From Pseudomonas phage PhiPA3: DNA of 64,000 nucleotides. Position 1 is the first letter of the stretch. Each line of letters opens with the position of its first letter. Shown in pieces: positions 48,722 through 58,478 of the stretch. The translations under genes and the position numbers were made by a program. Under the pieces are notes generated by a model. The model did not search any database. It had not been told where the DNA came from and worked only from the letters and a program-made list of their open reading frames with translations. The stretch lies in sequence record HQ630627.1, one strand, 5' to 3'.

Positions 48722-50299
48722 ATGCAGATCACCGTCACGGGTGTACAAGGCTCTGGATTCGTTGAGTGTACCATTAGCCATAAAGGCCAGTCCATCACAT
48801 GGAGCACCCGTGCTTATAGCAAGGTGAAACTTCAAGATCCAACACGAGTATTCAAGGAGATTAACGACTACCTGGAATATGCTGGAGAAGATGTACAGGA
48901 CAAGATTTGGAACGAATACAAACGTATTCGCGATCTGTTCAACATGGACTTTGATCCAAGCCACATCACTGCAACGCTGATTCATTATATCCAACAAATC
49001 TACAGCGTGTTGCCGATGAACAACATGCGTCGTTGGTTGTTGACCGTAGGTAACCTACACATCCCAGCAGATATTCAGAAAACCATCACAGAAGACTCCC
49101 GTTACAACAAACGCGAACAAACTTATCTACAGCACGACTACATCAACCTGGCAACGGTAGCATTGGCTCTGCGCGTCATGATTCCGATCTGGGGCGAGTA
49201 CATGGATCAAGGTACTGACCAAGATCTGTATCGTGAAAACGATGTCGTTGGTTTGATCTCTCGTTGTGAAGTGGCCAACTGGCCGGCGATGGAAACAGAT
49301 ACCGTGGGAGAGCCCGTAGATACAGCGTTCGACAAGCTGGAAGGGTACGTGCGCTTCTGCGTTGAAGATGAACCCACCACGTTGGGTCGTCTATGGTCTG
49401 GTATGTCGTCGGTAGAAATCCCAGTGCATCTACAGTCCAAGGTATTGGTTCGTCGTCTGACTATCGTTCCACTGAATGATCCGAGTTCCCACTCGATCGT
49501 TGCGAACGTATTCCGTTACGTACGTTCCAACCTGAACCCCACTGAACGCAGTACGGCTGATCGTGTAAACGAAAAGCGTCCTGAAGGAGGTAGCGGTGAT
49601 GAGGATGATAAAACTTCATTCATTGAAGCTCACAAGACTAAGGGTCGAGTGAGTCCAGGTGATATCGAAGCATTTAACATAGATGCAATGGACTATGAGC
49701 TTCTGGCTGAAACCGTAGACCCCACCATTAACAAAGCCATGCTCAAGGCATGCATCAACTGCATTGATTACATTGCTAACAAGGAAATTCGCCCACACCA
49801 AGTGCTCTTAGCACAATGGGTAATGGCTAAAGCATTTCCAGCACGGGCGTTCTATCACATCGATAAGATGCCGGTGAACCATCTGCTGGCAACCACCCAA
49901 GCACTACTGTGGCATTGGGGTTTCCTCGATGTAGCGATCTTCATGCAGGTTGAGCCACTGTATCATGGCGATCATCAATCATCCAACCAACTTAGCCAAA
50001 CCCGCAGCGGTGCCCGCATTGCTAACCGGTATAAGCCGATGTTGGATGAGCTGTATCCACACATGAAACTTGCGAAGGTCCCCCAAAGCGGTGAAATACC
50101 CAAACCAGACAACATGGCCGGTATTGCGATCAATAGCGCAAATGCTTCCATCCGTTCGTCTAACTGGGTTTTCCGCGGCCCGCCTGAGCTCTTCAATGCC
50201 GCCAATCAGGTAGCGCAGAATGATGTTCTAATGGTTCCACCTAACATCAAGCATGCCCTCACTGAGATGGTAATGCATTTGGCCAAGATCAACCAGTAA
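48722..50299 (+). CDS. hypothetical protein
   Basis: Start at ATG 48722 with RBS AAGGAGATAACAATG, 35 nt after the CTATATTACA motif; the ORF track's 48638 start lies in a terminator. Confidence 0.55.
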   Translation: MQITVTGVQGSGFVECTISHKGQSITWSTRAYSKVKLQDPTRVFKEINDYLEYAGEDVQDKIWNEYKRIRDLFNMDFDPSHITATLIHYIQQIYSVLPMNNMRRWLLTVGNLHIPADIQKTITEDSRYNKREQTYLQHDYINLATVALALRVMIPIWGEYMDQGTDQDLYRENDVVGLISRCEVANWPAMETDTVGEPVDTAFDKLEGYVRFCVEDEPTTLGRLWSGMSSVEIPVHLQSKVLVRRLTIVPLNDPSSHSIVANVFRYVRSNLNPTERSTADRVNEKRPEGGSGDEDDKTSFIEAHKTKGRVSPGDIEAFNIDAMDYELLAETVDPTINKAMLKACINCIDYIANKEIRPHQVLLAQWVMAKAFPARAFYHIDKMPVNHLLATTQALLWHWGFLDVAIFMQVEPLYHGDHQSSNQLSQTRSGARIANRYKPMLDELYPHMKLAKVPQSGEIPKPDNMAGIAINSANASIRSSNWVFRGPPELFNAANQVAQNDVLMVPPNIKHALTEMVMHLAKINQ

Positions 50300-50320
50300 T
50301 TAAACAAGAGGTAGCTTACA

Positions 50321-51967
50321 ATGAACGGCTTCATCATGGGCGCCACTCCCGGTAATGGAAAGCTCCGGATCACGAAAATGATTGCAGTGCAGACGGGCAC
50401 CTATCAGGAACAACACGTCCGTCCGTTCAATATTAACGCCAACAAGGAGGCGGTACAACGCCTGGATATCGCTACTCGTGGTGGTAACAACTTGGGCGTT
50501 CAAGCTGTACAAGAAGTTGCCTCGGACATCATCGTTCCGCAAGCGATGGTAGAAGGCGTAGTTGGCATCAAAGAAGGCTGGCGTTCTCGCCGATTCCGTT
50601 TCATGATGAATGTGAATGAAACCCATCCATTCATTCAGGGTACTGTTACTCAGCGTATCTTCTTTGGTTATTCCGACCACTGCGATGCGTCTGCTCAGTA
50701 CCTGCCTGACGACATGCGTGTCTACTTCAACTCCGAAACGATCGTGGTGTCTGCTATTCAAAACACTGTGAATGGCCCTCAACGGGTCGTTAACATCGTC
50801 GGTACCAACCAGATCGTGTCTCCAGTCGATATGATGGGTGGTAGTAACGGCATGTTTGCCCGAGCTACTTCACATCTGTGCCGTCCTGAAGACATGTTCA
50901 ACATTCAACAAACCCAGACTGTTGCACAGCGCCTTCAGGACTCGGGTATGTTCGATGGAGTGATTGCTCGTTCGATCGATCACCGTACTATGGTTGGTGA
51001 AGGCGGCGCATTCAAATACAGTACGCGTCGTGATACCTCTCCTGTTCGTTATCTTTCCAACAGCTTGAATGCCTACCAGCATTCGGTCAAGGAACTGGCA
51101 ATGGCGGAGCATGGTGATGACATGTTCGGTCAGCCATCGCAGGAAGTTCTGTTCGGTGAAGCTGCATCTCACTGCCGTAATGCCAGTATTCACAGCAACA
51201 CTTTCCTGGCAATGCTGAAAGATCATGCAGGTTACATGGAACGTGGTTACGTTACTTGGGGTGAGTTGCGTGCGATCTTCCCGGAGCTGAACCAATATGG
51301 CCAGGGTGGTGTTACCAACTTCGCAATGGACAACGGCCGTTCGATTCAGAAAGTTTCGATGGCTGAAGACTCCGCTGGTTGGGCAGGTGCGGACTATACC
51401 TCCATTGGGGCAAGCCTGCTTGCACAAGCGATTCCATCGATCATGATGGACACCTATCTGCGCCGCATCAGCTTTGCTGTTACCAACGGCATGGGTCCGA
51501 ACAACTACGCTGTCGAAATTCATCCAACTGGTACCAAATCCATCATCGATGACCTGGACACAGCCACCATTACCAAACACATCATGGAATTCGAACGTCG
51601 TTTGGGTACTGACATTCTGAATAACATCAGTCGCGGTAACCAGATTCCGTTTAAGATTTCCATGGCCTCCGATCTGGCTGGTGATTCCGTAATCGATATC
51701 AGTGTTGGCGGTGAACCGGTTGCTCGATTCGTAGCACCGACTTTCTCCGACAGCCTGTTCTCGCCGGTAATCACTCGTAATGATCAACTACCGACTAACA
51801 TGTCTGGTGACCTGACTTGGTTGGTCCAACAAGTCATCCCGAATCAAATGCAAAATCAAGCAATCAACATGGTTGGCTATAACCACCCAGTTGCACCTGC
51901 CGCTACCATGTCTGCCAATACCAATCAAGGAGTAATGAATAATGTCGCTGACCTTGGACTGCTATAA
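50321..51967 (+). CDS. hypothetical protein (possibly structural)
   Basis: 548-aa ORF, RBS AAGAGGTAGCTTACAATG, biased codon usage. Confidence 0.55.
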   Translation: MNGFIMGATPGNGKLRITKMIAVQTGTYQEQHVRPFNINANKEAVQRLDIATRGGNNLGVQAVQEVASDIIVPQAMVEGVVGIKEGWRSRRFRFMMNVNETHPFIQGTVTQRIFFGYSDHCDASAQYLPDDMRVYFNSETIVVSAIQNTVNGPQRVVNIVGTNQIVSPVDMMGGSNGMFARATSHLCRPEDMFNIQQTQTVAQRLQDSGMFDGVIARSIDHRTMVGEGGAFKYSTRRDTSPVRYLSNSLNAYQHSVKELAMAEHGDDMFGQPSQEVLFGEAASHCRNASIHSNTFLAMLKDHAGYMERGYVTWGELRAIFPELNQYGQGGVTNFAMDNGRSIQKVSMAEDSAGWAGADYTSIGASLLAQAIPSIMMDTYLRRISFAVTNGMGPNNYAVEIHPTGTKSIIDDLDTATITKHIMEFERRLGTDILNNISRGNQIPFKISMASDLAGDSVIDISVGGEPVARFVAPTFSDSLFSPVITRNDQLPTNMSGDLTWLVQQVIPNQMQNQAINMVGYNHPVAPAATMSANTNQGVMNNVADLGLL

Positions 51968-53267
51968 GGAAGTCCTGACCTCGCTTTCGTGTGTCTTCGA
52001 TGACGATGGTCTGATCTCCGTAGAAGCCCCAACCGGCTCTGCCAAGCCTGTTAAAGTCGAGGGGCGACGTCTGGTGCTCCCGACTAAAGAATGGCTGCGT
52101 AAAGGCTTCGGTGAAGACTACCAACCGTTCCACCCGCTGTGTGAGTCTCTGTCCCGTCGTGGTACCTCTCCGGTTATGCAGTTTATTCAGCGTTCCGTGA
52201 AGGCCAACCTGTCACACATCGTGGTATTCATGGCCACTAACCTGCTGCGAATTGCAGTAGATCAATCCACTCACAAGGATCTCCCGCCAGATACAACCGA
52301 CTTCCTCAAGAAGTTGGCTGACGCTGACAAGTCCTGCCTGACAGCTTTCGAGAAACTGATCGGCTCTGCCGTTAAGAAGAATCGTCTGATGACAGTCTAT
52401 CTGAAGAACGGCGGTACTTTTGACGGTAAGAAAGTGGACCGTATGGCAATCGTACGTTTCCCGATCCTCGAAGATCTGGCTAGCGAAAGCAAAGAAGTTC
52501 TGGGTATCGCATTGACCAAGAAACAACGCAAGGTAATTACTGCCCTGCTGCGCCTGGTCGTGCCTTTCGGCGACAATCCGGAAGAATACGCTTACGGTAC
52601 TCGTAGCCGTGTTGCTCCTTACTTCGAATCGATCCTGCATGCGTATCACAAGATCGCCACTGTACTGAACCAACTGATTCACCATTACGCGGTTCCGCTA
52701 CATATGCCCATCAAACCCATCGAGTTGTACGATCTTAAGATGCTGGAAAGCTTCGGTAAGATCTACAACGAGATTCCGGTTTTGGCTGGCAACGAAGGTG
52801 GTCACTCCGACACCCCGGAAGAAGCAGCAGGTACCACCGAACAGGCGCGAGCAGCTACCCAACCAACCGCCACCCAAACTGTTCAACCATCGCGTACCCC
52901 GGCTGTTACTCAGCAACCTGTCGCTACCACTGTGGCCCAACCTGCACATGGTAAAACCGTGAGCATGTCGGACTTCATGGCTGCGCAGAATCCGGCACCG
53001 ATGATGGCAGTCAATACCATGGTCAACCCCATGACCATGGGTGGAATGAACTCGGGTATGATGGGTATGGGTCAACCGATGATGTCTCCCATGGCTCCGG
53101 CCATGATGCCCATGGGTCAACCTACCGGCGGCATGTACGCGCCAACCAACACCTTGCTCCCATGGCAAGCGCAGCAGCAACAGATGATGCAGGCTCAACA
53201 GCCAGCTAATCCATTTGCGGCAGCAATTGCCCCGATGACCACCGGTGGTGGACTGGGTCTCCTGTAA
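51942..53267 (+). CDS. hypothetical protein with Met/Pro/Gly-rich low-complexity C-terminal tail
   Basis: 441 aa; C-terminal roughly 110 aa is extremely Met-rich (e.g. MMGMGQPMMSPMAPAMMPMGQP). Confidence 0.5.
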   Translation: MSLTLDCYKEVLTSLSCVFDDDGLISVEAPTGSAKPVKVEGRRLVLPTKEWLRKGFGEDYQPFHPLCESLSRRGTSPVMQFIQRSVKANLSHIVVFMATNLLRIAVDQSTHKDLPPDTTDFLKKLADADKSCLTAFEKLIGSAVKKNRLMTVYLKNGGTFDGKKVDRMAIVRFPILEDLASESKEVLGIALTKKQRKVITALLRLVVPFGDNPEEYAYGTRSRVAPYFESILHAYHKIATVLNQLIHHYAVPLHMPIKPIELYDLKMLESFGKIYNEIPVLAGNEGGHSDTPEEAAGTTEQARAATQPTATQTVQPSRTPAVTQQPVATTVAQPAHGKTVSMSDFMAAQNPAPMMAVNTMVNPMTMGGMNSGMMGMGQPMMSPMAPAMMPMGQPTGGMYAPTNTLLPWQAQQQQMMQAQQPANPFAAAIAPMTTGGGLGLL

Positions 53268-53277
53268 GACGGCATAG

Positions 53278-53303
53278 AGCTGGGAGCCTTCGGGCTCCCA
53301 GCT
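53278..53303. terminator. bidirectional terminator hairpin
   Basis: AGCTGGGAGCC-TTCG-GGCTCCCAGCT (11-bp stem); on the minus strand it is followed by CTATGCC. Confidence 0.65.
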
Positions 53304-53309
53304 TAGCCA

Positions 53310-53672
53310 TTAAAATTTTCGACTCTGGTAGAATTGTTGAATGTCGGAAACCATGCTATCTGATGGTCGAATCAACACCGGTCGGTATTCCTTACCTAAG
53401 GGATCTCGTACCTCAGCTGCAAATTCATTGGGATTCATCATCCCGTTAACACGGGTGTATAACCAATGAAGATGGGCAGGAACTCCAATCTCAACAAGGT
53501 AACCATAGAAGTTCCCTTCGTACTGATAAAATAGTTCCAAAGGGATCTCTTCTCTAACCGAGTTCACGTTACGCAGACGGTTCATGTGCGTTTCAAGGAT
53601 CAAACGAAACGCTGGATCATAGAACATATCCGGACCGGGTTGTGCCATCTGGTCAAGAATTGTAAAGGCCAT
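53310..53672 (-). CDS. hypothetical protein
   Basis: 120-aa minus-strand ORF between bidirectional terminator 53278 and the promoter motif at 53698. Confidence 0.5.
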   Translation of the reverse strand: MAFTILDQMAQPGPDMFYDPAFRLILETHMNRLRNVNSVREEIPLELFYQYEGNFYGYLVEIGVPAHLHWLYTRVNGMMNPNEFAAEVRDPLGKEYRPVLIRPSDSMVSDIQQFYQSRKF

Positions 53673-53697
53673 ATTTCACCATAAAAATAATTTAAGA

Positions 53698-53708
53698 TCT
53701 ATATCATG
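53698..53708 (+). promoter_or_regulatory. promoter-like motif TCTATATCATG (class B)
   Basis: 104 nt upstream of RNAP beta exon 1; in a divergent region. Confidence 0.45.
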
Positions 53709-53810
53709 GTTTTGTAGAATCAACAAGGAGTGAGGCCATGAAGCGTTAAGAGTGTAAAATACTCAACATGACATAAGCGGTAGATACCGGCAATAAAAGG
53801 ACAGTTTAAG

Positions 53811-55001
53811 ATGTACGAAGAACACAACCTCCGGCGTGCAGTACGAGAGATCCATGCAAAACTTCTCGGTCATGCTGCACTGGATCCGTATTATGGAACT
53901 ACCTCCGCTGCTCGTGGAGCTATGTTCTTGTCTCACATTGGTCAGGCGCCCGTTGTGGAAGGGAACGAGCCCCGCCGTGTGATGACCGGTATGGAAATGC
54001 GTTATGCCGAATACACGTTCGACGTTCGTCTACCTACGGACTGCACGATTCTGCACAAAGTCCGTAAGTACCCCACTGGGCAAGGGTATGGGGCAATCCA
54101 ACATAACCCTGTAACAACTCTGATCTACGAGAACTATTACGACGAATACAAGACCATCGGCGTACTGCATGTTCCTGAGTACATGAGTTTTCACCAGGAC
54201 TTTGGTTATGAGCTAGTCAAGAACAAAGAAGTATGGGAATCTCTGCAACCTGACCAGATGTTCGCCAAAGATACCGTTATCGCTCAGTCCTCGACTGTAA
54301 AGTCTAACGGATTGTACGGCATGGGTGTAAACGCCAACGTTGCGTTCATGTCTGTGCCTGGTACCATTGAGGACGGTTTTGTCGTCTCCGATGAGTTCTT
54401 GGAACGTATGTCCCCACGTACTTACACCACCGCAGTTTGTGGTGCGGGTAAGAAGGCATTCTTCCTGAACATGTATGGCGATGACAAGATCTACAAACCG
54501 TTCCCGGATATTGGAGAAAAGATTCGGGAAGATGGCGTGATCTTTGCGGTACGCGATTTGGATGATGACTTGGCTCCGGCCGAAATGACTCCGCGCGCCC
54601 TGCGTACGCTGGACCGTACTTTCGATCGCGCTGTTATTGGTGATCCGGGTGCGACTGTAAAAGACATCAAAGTATATTGGGACGAACGTCAGAATCCCAG
54701 TTTCACGCCAAGCGGTATGGATGGTCAACTGCGCAAGTATTACGACGCGTTGTGCACCTATTACCGGGAGATCATCAAGATCTACCGTGGGTTGCTGGCA
54801 CGGCGTAAAGACAAGCTGCGGATCAGCGAAGAGTTCAACCAGCTCCTCGTTGAAGCCATGATCTACCTACCGCAAGCTGAGGGCCAGCGTAAGCTGACTC
54901 GGATGTATCGTCTGGAACAACTGGATGAATGGCGTGTGGAACTCACCTACGAATCCATTAAAGTTCCTGGTGGTGCATATAAGCTCACAGATTTTCACGG
55001 T
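53811..55001 (+). CDS. RNA polymerase beta subunit C-terminal fragment, exon 1 (non-virion RNAP, phiKZ gp71/73-like)
   Basis: Block GVNANVAFMSVPGTIEDGFVVSDEFLERMSPRTYTT aligns with E. coli beta [34 protein letters not shown]; the ORF runs to TGA 55011, but the proposed splice donor follows T55001 (...KLTDFHG). Confidence 0.8.
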
Positions 55002-55445
55002 GGTTCGCTATGAATGTCAATAAACATTGATTAAAGTATACTTATTTGTCCGTGGTATGTTGAACAAGTTGCCGTAGGATAAATAAGTGAAGATTTTAAT
55101 GGATGGATATTCAAAGAAATGTAAGAGCCTGCTTAATCAGCGATGGTTAAGTAATCGTCATCTAATTGCGGGAAACCCCTGAGAGCCTTATCTACTAACT
55201 CAACCCAGCGATGGAGTTGAGGGCCAGTCTAATCCACTGGGTACAGTAAAAATGATAAGGATTGGGCAATCCGCAGCGAAGCTTCTCTTTGAGAAGAACG
55301 TTCAACGACTAACCCCTAACCAGGGTGTAGAACTTAAGCGAGTTCGAAATGGTGACCCTCTCACGCAGAGGAAGATATAGTCTGTTCCCATGTGAAAGCA
55401 TGGGCGGGTGTCATAGCACACCGGGATAGCGTAGCGAACTATCTG
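55002..55445 (+). ncRNA. group I self-splicing intron (ORF-less) interrupting the RNAP beta gene
   Basis: P4 motif AATTGCGGGAAA (55164-55175); P7 halves GACTAA (55307-55312) and ATATAGTC (55375-55382) as in the Tetrahymena intron; GAAA-tetraloop P9 hairpin (55387-55404) followed by two more hairpins (55407-55424, 55425-55443); candidate IGS GCCGT (55071-55075) complementary to the exon end ACGGT with G.U at the splice site; no ORF over 60 aa inside; exact boundaries inferred. Confidence 0.6.
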
Positions 55446-56447
55446 GACAAAAAGAAAGGAGTAGTCTGTGAGGTGAGACCGAAAGCTGATATGCCAGTGG
55501 ACGAATTTGGTAACGTCGTAGACGCTATCATCTTCGGTGGTTCCACCATGCGTCGTTCTAACTATGGTCGGATCTACGAACACGGTTTCGGAGCAGCATC
55601 CCGAGACCTGGCGCAACGTCTACGTGTTGAAGCTGGCCTTCCCCGTCATGGCGTAGTACCGGAGCAAGATCTGAATCGGGTTTGCAGCAATCGAGAGTGG
55701 GTTACTTACGCTTTCGCTGAACTGCAAGAGTTCTATTACATCATCGCGCCAACCATGCACGAGATATTGAGAGAACACCCAAGTCCAGCTGAGTACGTAA
55801 AAACCGTTCTTCGTGATGGTTTCTCGTACATCTACAGCCCGGTAGACGATCCGGTAGACCTGATGAGTTCACTGAACTGCATCATGAACAGTCGTTTCTG
55901 CCCGAACCATACGCGAGTTACCTATCGCGGTCAAGATGGGAAGATGGTCACCACCAAGGACAAAGTTCTGGTTGGTCCGCTGTACATGATGTTGCTGGAG
56001 AAGATCGGTGAAGACTGGTCTGCCGTAGCGTCGGTAAAAGTTCAGCAATTCGGCCTGCCGTCTAAACTGAACAACTCTGACCGTTCCAGCACTCCGGGTC
56101 GGGAATCCGCCATCCGTTCGTTCGGTGAATCGGAAACTCGTTCGTATAACTGCACTGTTGGCCCAGAAGCTACGGTGGAGCTGTTGGACCAGACTAACAA
56201 CCCGAGAGCGCACCTTGCTGTGATCAACTCTATTCTGACTGCTGACAAGCCCAGTAACATTGAGCGTGCAGTGGACAGGACCAAGGTACCGTTCGGTAGT
56301 AGTCGACCGGTGGATCTGCTGGAGCACCTGCTGGAATGTCGCGGTCTTAAGTTTGAATACGCAACCACTGACGGCGTACAGCCTGTTCACACAGCTGTAC
56401 CAATCCGTGCCCAACAAAAGGTTAAGAGTGAGGCAATCGAGGAGTGA
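55446..56447 (+). CDS. RNA polymerase beta subunit C-terminal fragment, exon 2
   Basis: DKKKGVVCEVRPKADMPVDEFGNVVDAIIFGG aligns with E. coli beta [33 protein letters not shown]; later VGPLYMMLLEKIG...FGESETRSY aligns with VGYMYMLKLNHL...FGEMEVWALEAYG; the proposed junction ...KLTDFHG|DKKKGVV restores the near-universal beta block [11 protein letters not shown]. Confidence 0.75.
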   Translation, partial: DKKKGVVCEVRPKADMPVDEFGNVVDAIIFGGSTMRRSNYGRIYEHGFGAASRDLAQRLRVEAGLPRHGVVPEQDLNRVCSNREWVTYAFAELQEFYYIIAPTMHEILREHPSPAEYVKTVLRDGFSYIYSPVDDPVDLMSSLNCIMNSRFCPNHTRVTYRGQDGKMVTTKDKVLVGPLYMMLLEKIGEDWSAVASVKVQQFGLPSKLNNSDRSSTPGRESAIRSFGESETRSYNCTVGPEATVELLDQTNNPRAHLAVINSILTADKPSNIERAVDRTKVPFGSSRPVDLLEHLLECRGLKFEYATTDGVQPVHTAVPIRAQQKVKSEAIEE

Positions 56448-56449
56448 AG

Positions 56450-58420
56450 ATGAACCAGTACAATGCTCGTGATCTCCTCAACATGTCGTATGATGACTTG
56501 TTCGCCATTCCGAATGAGTGGCACAAGATCATCTTCGACGATGGAGAGATTCTCACCAAAGATCGCGCCACTAAACTGTCGATTCTGCTTTGGCATCCGC
56601 TGAAGCAGTTTCCGAATGCTACGCTGTCCGTGAAGTACCACCTGGGAGACACTCGGGTTACCTCGAAGTCCCTAGTGAAACTCCTGAACAGCGTGATCTG
56701 GGGAATTCATGCGTGGAGTAATGAGCAGGTCGATCCGGAGGTTCTGGCCCGTCTCGCAATCGAAGCGAAGAACGTTCTGTATAACGAAGCTACTTCCCGC
56801 CTTGGTGCCTACGTAGCAACGCTGTCCATGTTCGAAATCGCGGAGGTTTACAATCATCCAAAAGTCCGTGAGGCCAACCAAAACATTGAGCCTACCACCC
56901 ACGGCATCGAAACTATTGCTTACGGCAAAATAAAGGAAGCTTTCAACGACCCAACACAGTTCCGCGGTAACAGCATCATCGAGGGTCTGCGCTCCGGGAC
57001 GCAAAAGATGGAACAGTTGCTCCAAGCTTTCGGTCCTCGTGGATTCCCGACCGACATCAACTCCGATATCTTCGCTGAACCTTGTCTGACTGGGTACATT
57101 GATGGTATCTGGGGTCTGTATGAGAACATGATCGAATCGCGTTCTGGTACCAAGGCTCTGTTGTATAACAAAGAGTTGTTGCGGGTAACCGAGTACTTCA
57201 ACCGGAAGTCTCAGCTGATCGCACAATATGTGCAGCGTCTCCATAAGGGTGACTGTGGTGCAGGGTACATTGAGTTCCCGGTCATCAAAGCTTACCTGAA
57301 ATCGCTACGCGGTAAGTTCTACCTGAACGAGGAAACAGGCAAGCGAGAGATCCTGCAAGGAAACGAGACTCATCTGATCGGTAAGAAGATCAAGATGCGT
57401 TCCGTGCTGGGTTGCGTACATCCTGATCCGCAAGGTATTTGTGCAACGTGTTACGGTACGCTAGCCGATAACATTCCGAGAGGCACGAACATCGGCCAAG
57501 TGTCTGCTGTATCCATGGGTGACAAAATCACCTCATCGGTACTGTCGACTAAACACACCGATGCGACTTCCGCTGTAGAGCAATACAAAATCACTGGCGT
57601 TGAAGCTAAGTACCTAAGAGAAGGTCAGGCGCCTGAAACGTTGTACCTGAAGAAGGAGCTTGCTAATAAGGGCTATCGCTTGATGATCGGCCGCAACGAA
57701 GCGCAGAACTTGGCTGACGTGCTGATGATCGATAACTTGAGTGCATATCCACCCACATCTGCATCCGAACTGACTCGTATCGGTTTGGTTCGCACGGTGG
57801 ATGGGATTGATGAGGGGGATGTCCTGACGGTATCGTTGTATAACCGTAAGGCTAGCCTGTCAATCGAATTGCTGCAACATGTGAAGCGTGTTCGCTGGGA
57901 ACTGGACAACCGGGATAACATCGTCATCGACCTGAATGGTTTCGATTTCTCCCTGCCATTCCTGACCCTACCGTACAAGCACGTTAACATGTACGAAGTG
58001 ATGAAGCGGATTCAAAGCTTCTTGCACTCCGGTAGCGACACCGAAGGTTCTAAACTGAGTTCTGATAAGGTAGGATTTACTAGCAAGACTTATCTTAAGA
58101 ACTACAATGACCCCATCGATGCCGTTGCAGCATTTGCTTCTCTGGTCAACGAGAAGATTCAATTGCCAATGCCGCACTGTGAAGTACTGGTTTATGCTAT
58201 GATGGTTCGGTCCACGCAACAGCGTGACTACCGTCTGCCTAAACCGGGTATTTCGGGTCAGTTTGAGAAGTATAACAAGCTGATGCAATCCCGCTCGCTC
58301 GCCGGCGCAATGGCGTTTGAGAAGCAGCATGAGCCGTTGAATAACCCCGGCAGCTTCCTCTATACGCTGAGGAATGACCACCCGTACGACCTTGCGGTCA
58401 AGGGAGGTAAGCTGTACTAA
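56450..58420 (+). CDS. RNA polymerase beta' subunit C-terminal fragment (phiKZ gp74-like)
   Basis: GLRSGTQKMEQLLQAFGPRGF and GYIDGIWGLYENMIESRSGTKA align with the E. coli beta' region [20 protein letters not shown] ... [21 protein letters not shown] (bridge-helix region); start ATG 56450 directly follows the beta stop at 56447. Confidence 0.8.
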   Translation: MNQYNARDLLNMSYDDLFAIPNEWHKIIFDDGEILTKDRATKLSILLWHPLKQFPNATLSVKYHLGDTRVTSKSLVKLLNSVIWGIHAWSNEQVDPEVLARLAIEAKNVLYNEATSRLGAYVATLSMFEIAEVYNHPKVREANQNIEPTTHGIETIAYGKIKEAFNDPTQFRGNSIIEGLRSGTQKMEQLLQAFGPRGFPTDINSDIFAEPCLTGYIDGIWGLYENMIESRSGTKALLYNKELLRVTEYFNRKSQLIAQYVQRLHKGDCGAGYIEFPVIKAYLKSLRGKFYLNEETGKREILQGNETHLIGKKIKMRSVLGCVHPDPQGICATCYGTLADNIPRGTNIGQVSAVSMGDKITSSVLSTKHTDATSAVEQYKITGVEAKYLREGQAPETLYLKKELANKGYRLMIGRNEAQNLADVLMIDNLSAYPPTSASELTRIGLVRTVDGIDEGDVLTVSLYNRKASLSIELLQHVKRVRWELDNRDNIVIDLNGFDFSLPFLTLPYKHVNMYEVMKRIQSFLHSGSDTEGSKLSSDKVGFTSKTYLKNYNDPIDAVAAFASLVNEKIQLPMPHCEVLVYAMMVRSTQQRDYRLPKPGISGQFEKYNKLMQSRSLAGAMAFEKQHEPLNNPGSFLYTLRNDHPYDLAVKGGKLY

Positions 58421-58439
58421 GCTGGAGGACGAAAAGGTT

Positions 58440-58478
58440 GGGGAGCTTCGGCTCCCCTGCCCGCTCGTTGATTTTTTA
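58440..58478 (+). terminator. intrinsic terminator after the RNAP beta' C-terminal fragment gene
   Basis: GGGGAGC-TTCG-GCTCCCC, then TTGATTTTTTA. Confidence 0.6.

Noticed and set aside
50321-51967. Major capsid protein or RNAP beta N-terminal fragment assignment for the 548-aa and 525-aa ORFs (48722-51967)
   Set aside because: No convincing alignment to RpoB N-terminal motifs, and no HK97-fold cues visible from sequence alone. Not assigned.
55002-55013. Last four codons (GSL-stop) of the 53811-55013 ORF
   Set aside because: Under the splice model the donor is at 55001, so these are read-through into the intron, as is common for group I introns. Alternative donor T's at 54995 and 55004 cannot be excluded without RNA data.
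55392-55445. N-terminal 18 codons (MKAWAGVIAHRDSVANYL) of the track ORF 55392-56447
   Set aside because: It begins at GTG inside the P9 hairpin of the intron. The region forms three consecutive hairpins and has no RpoB similarity; similarity starts at DKKKGVV. Interpreted as intron 3' structure, not coding.
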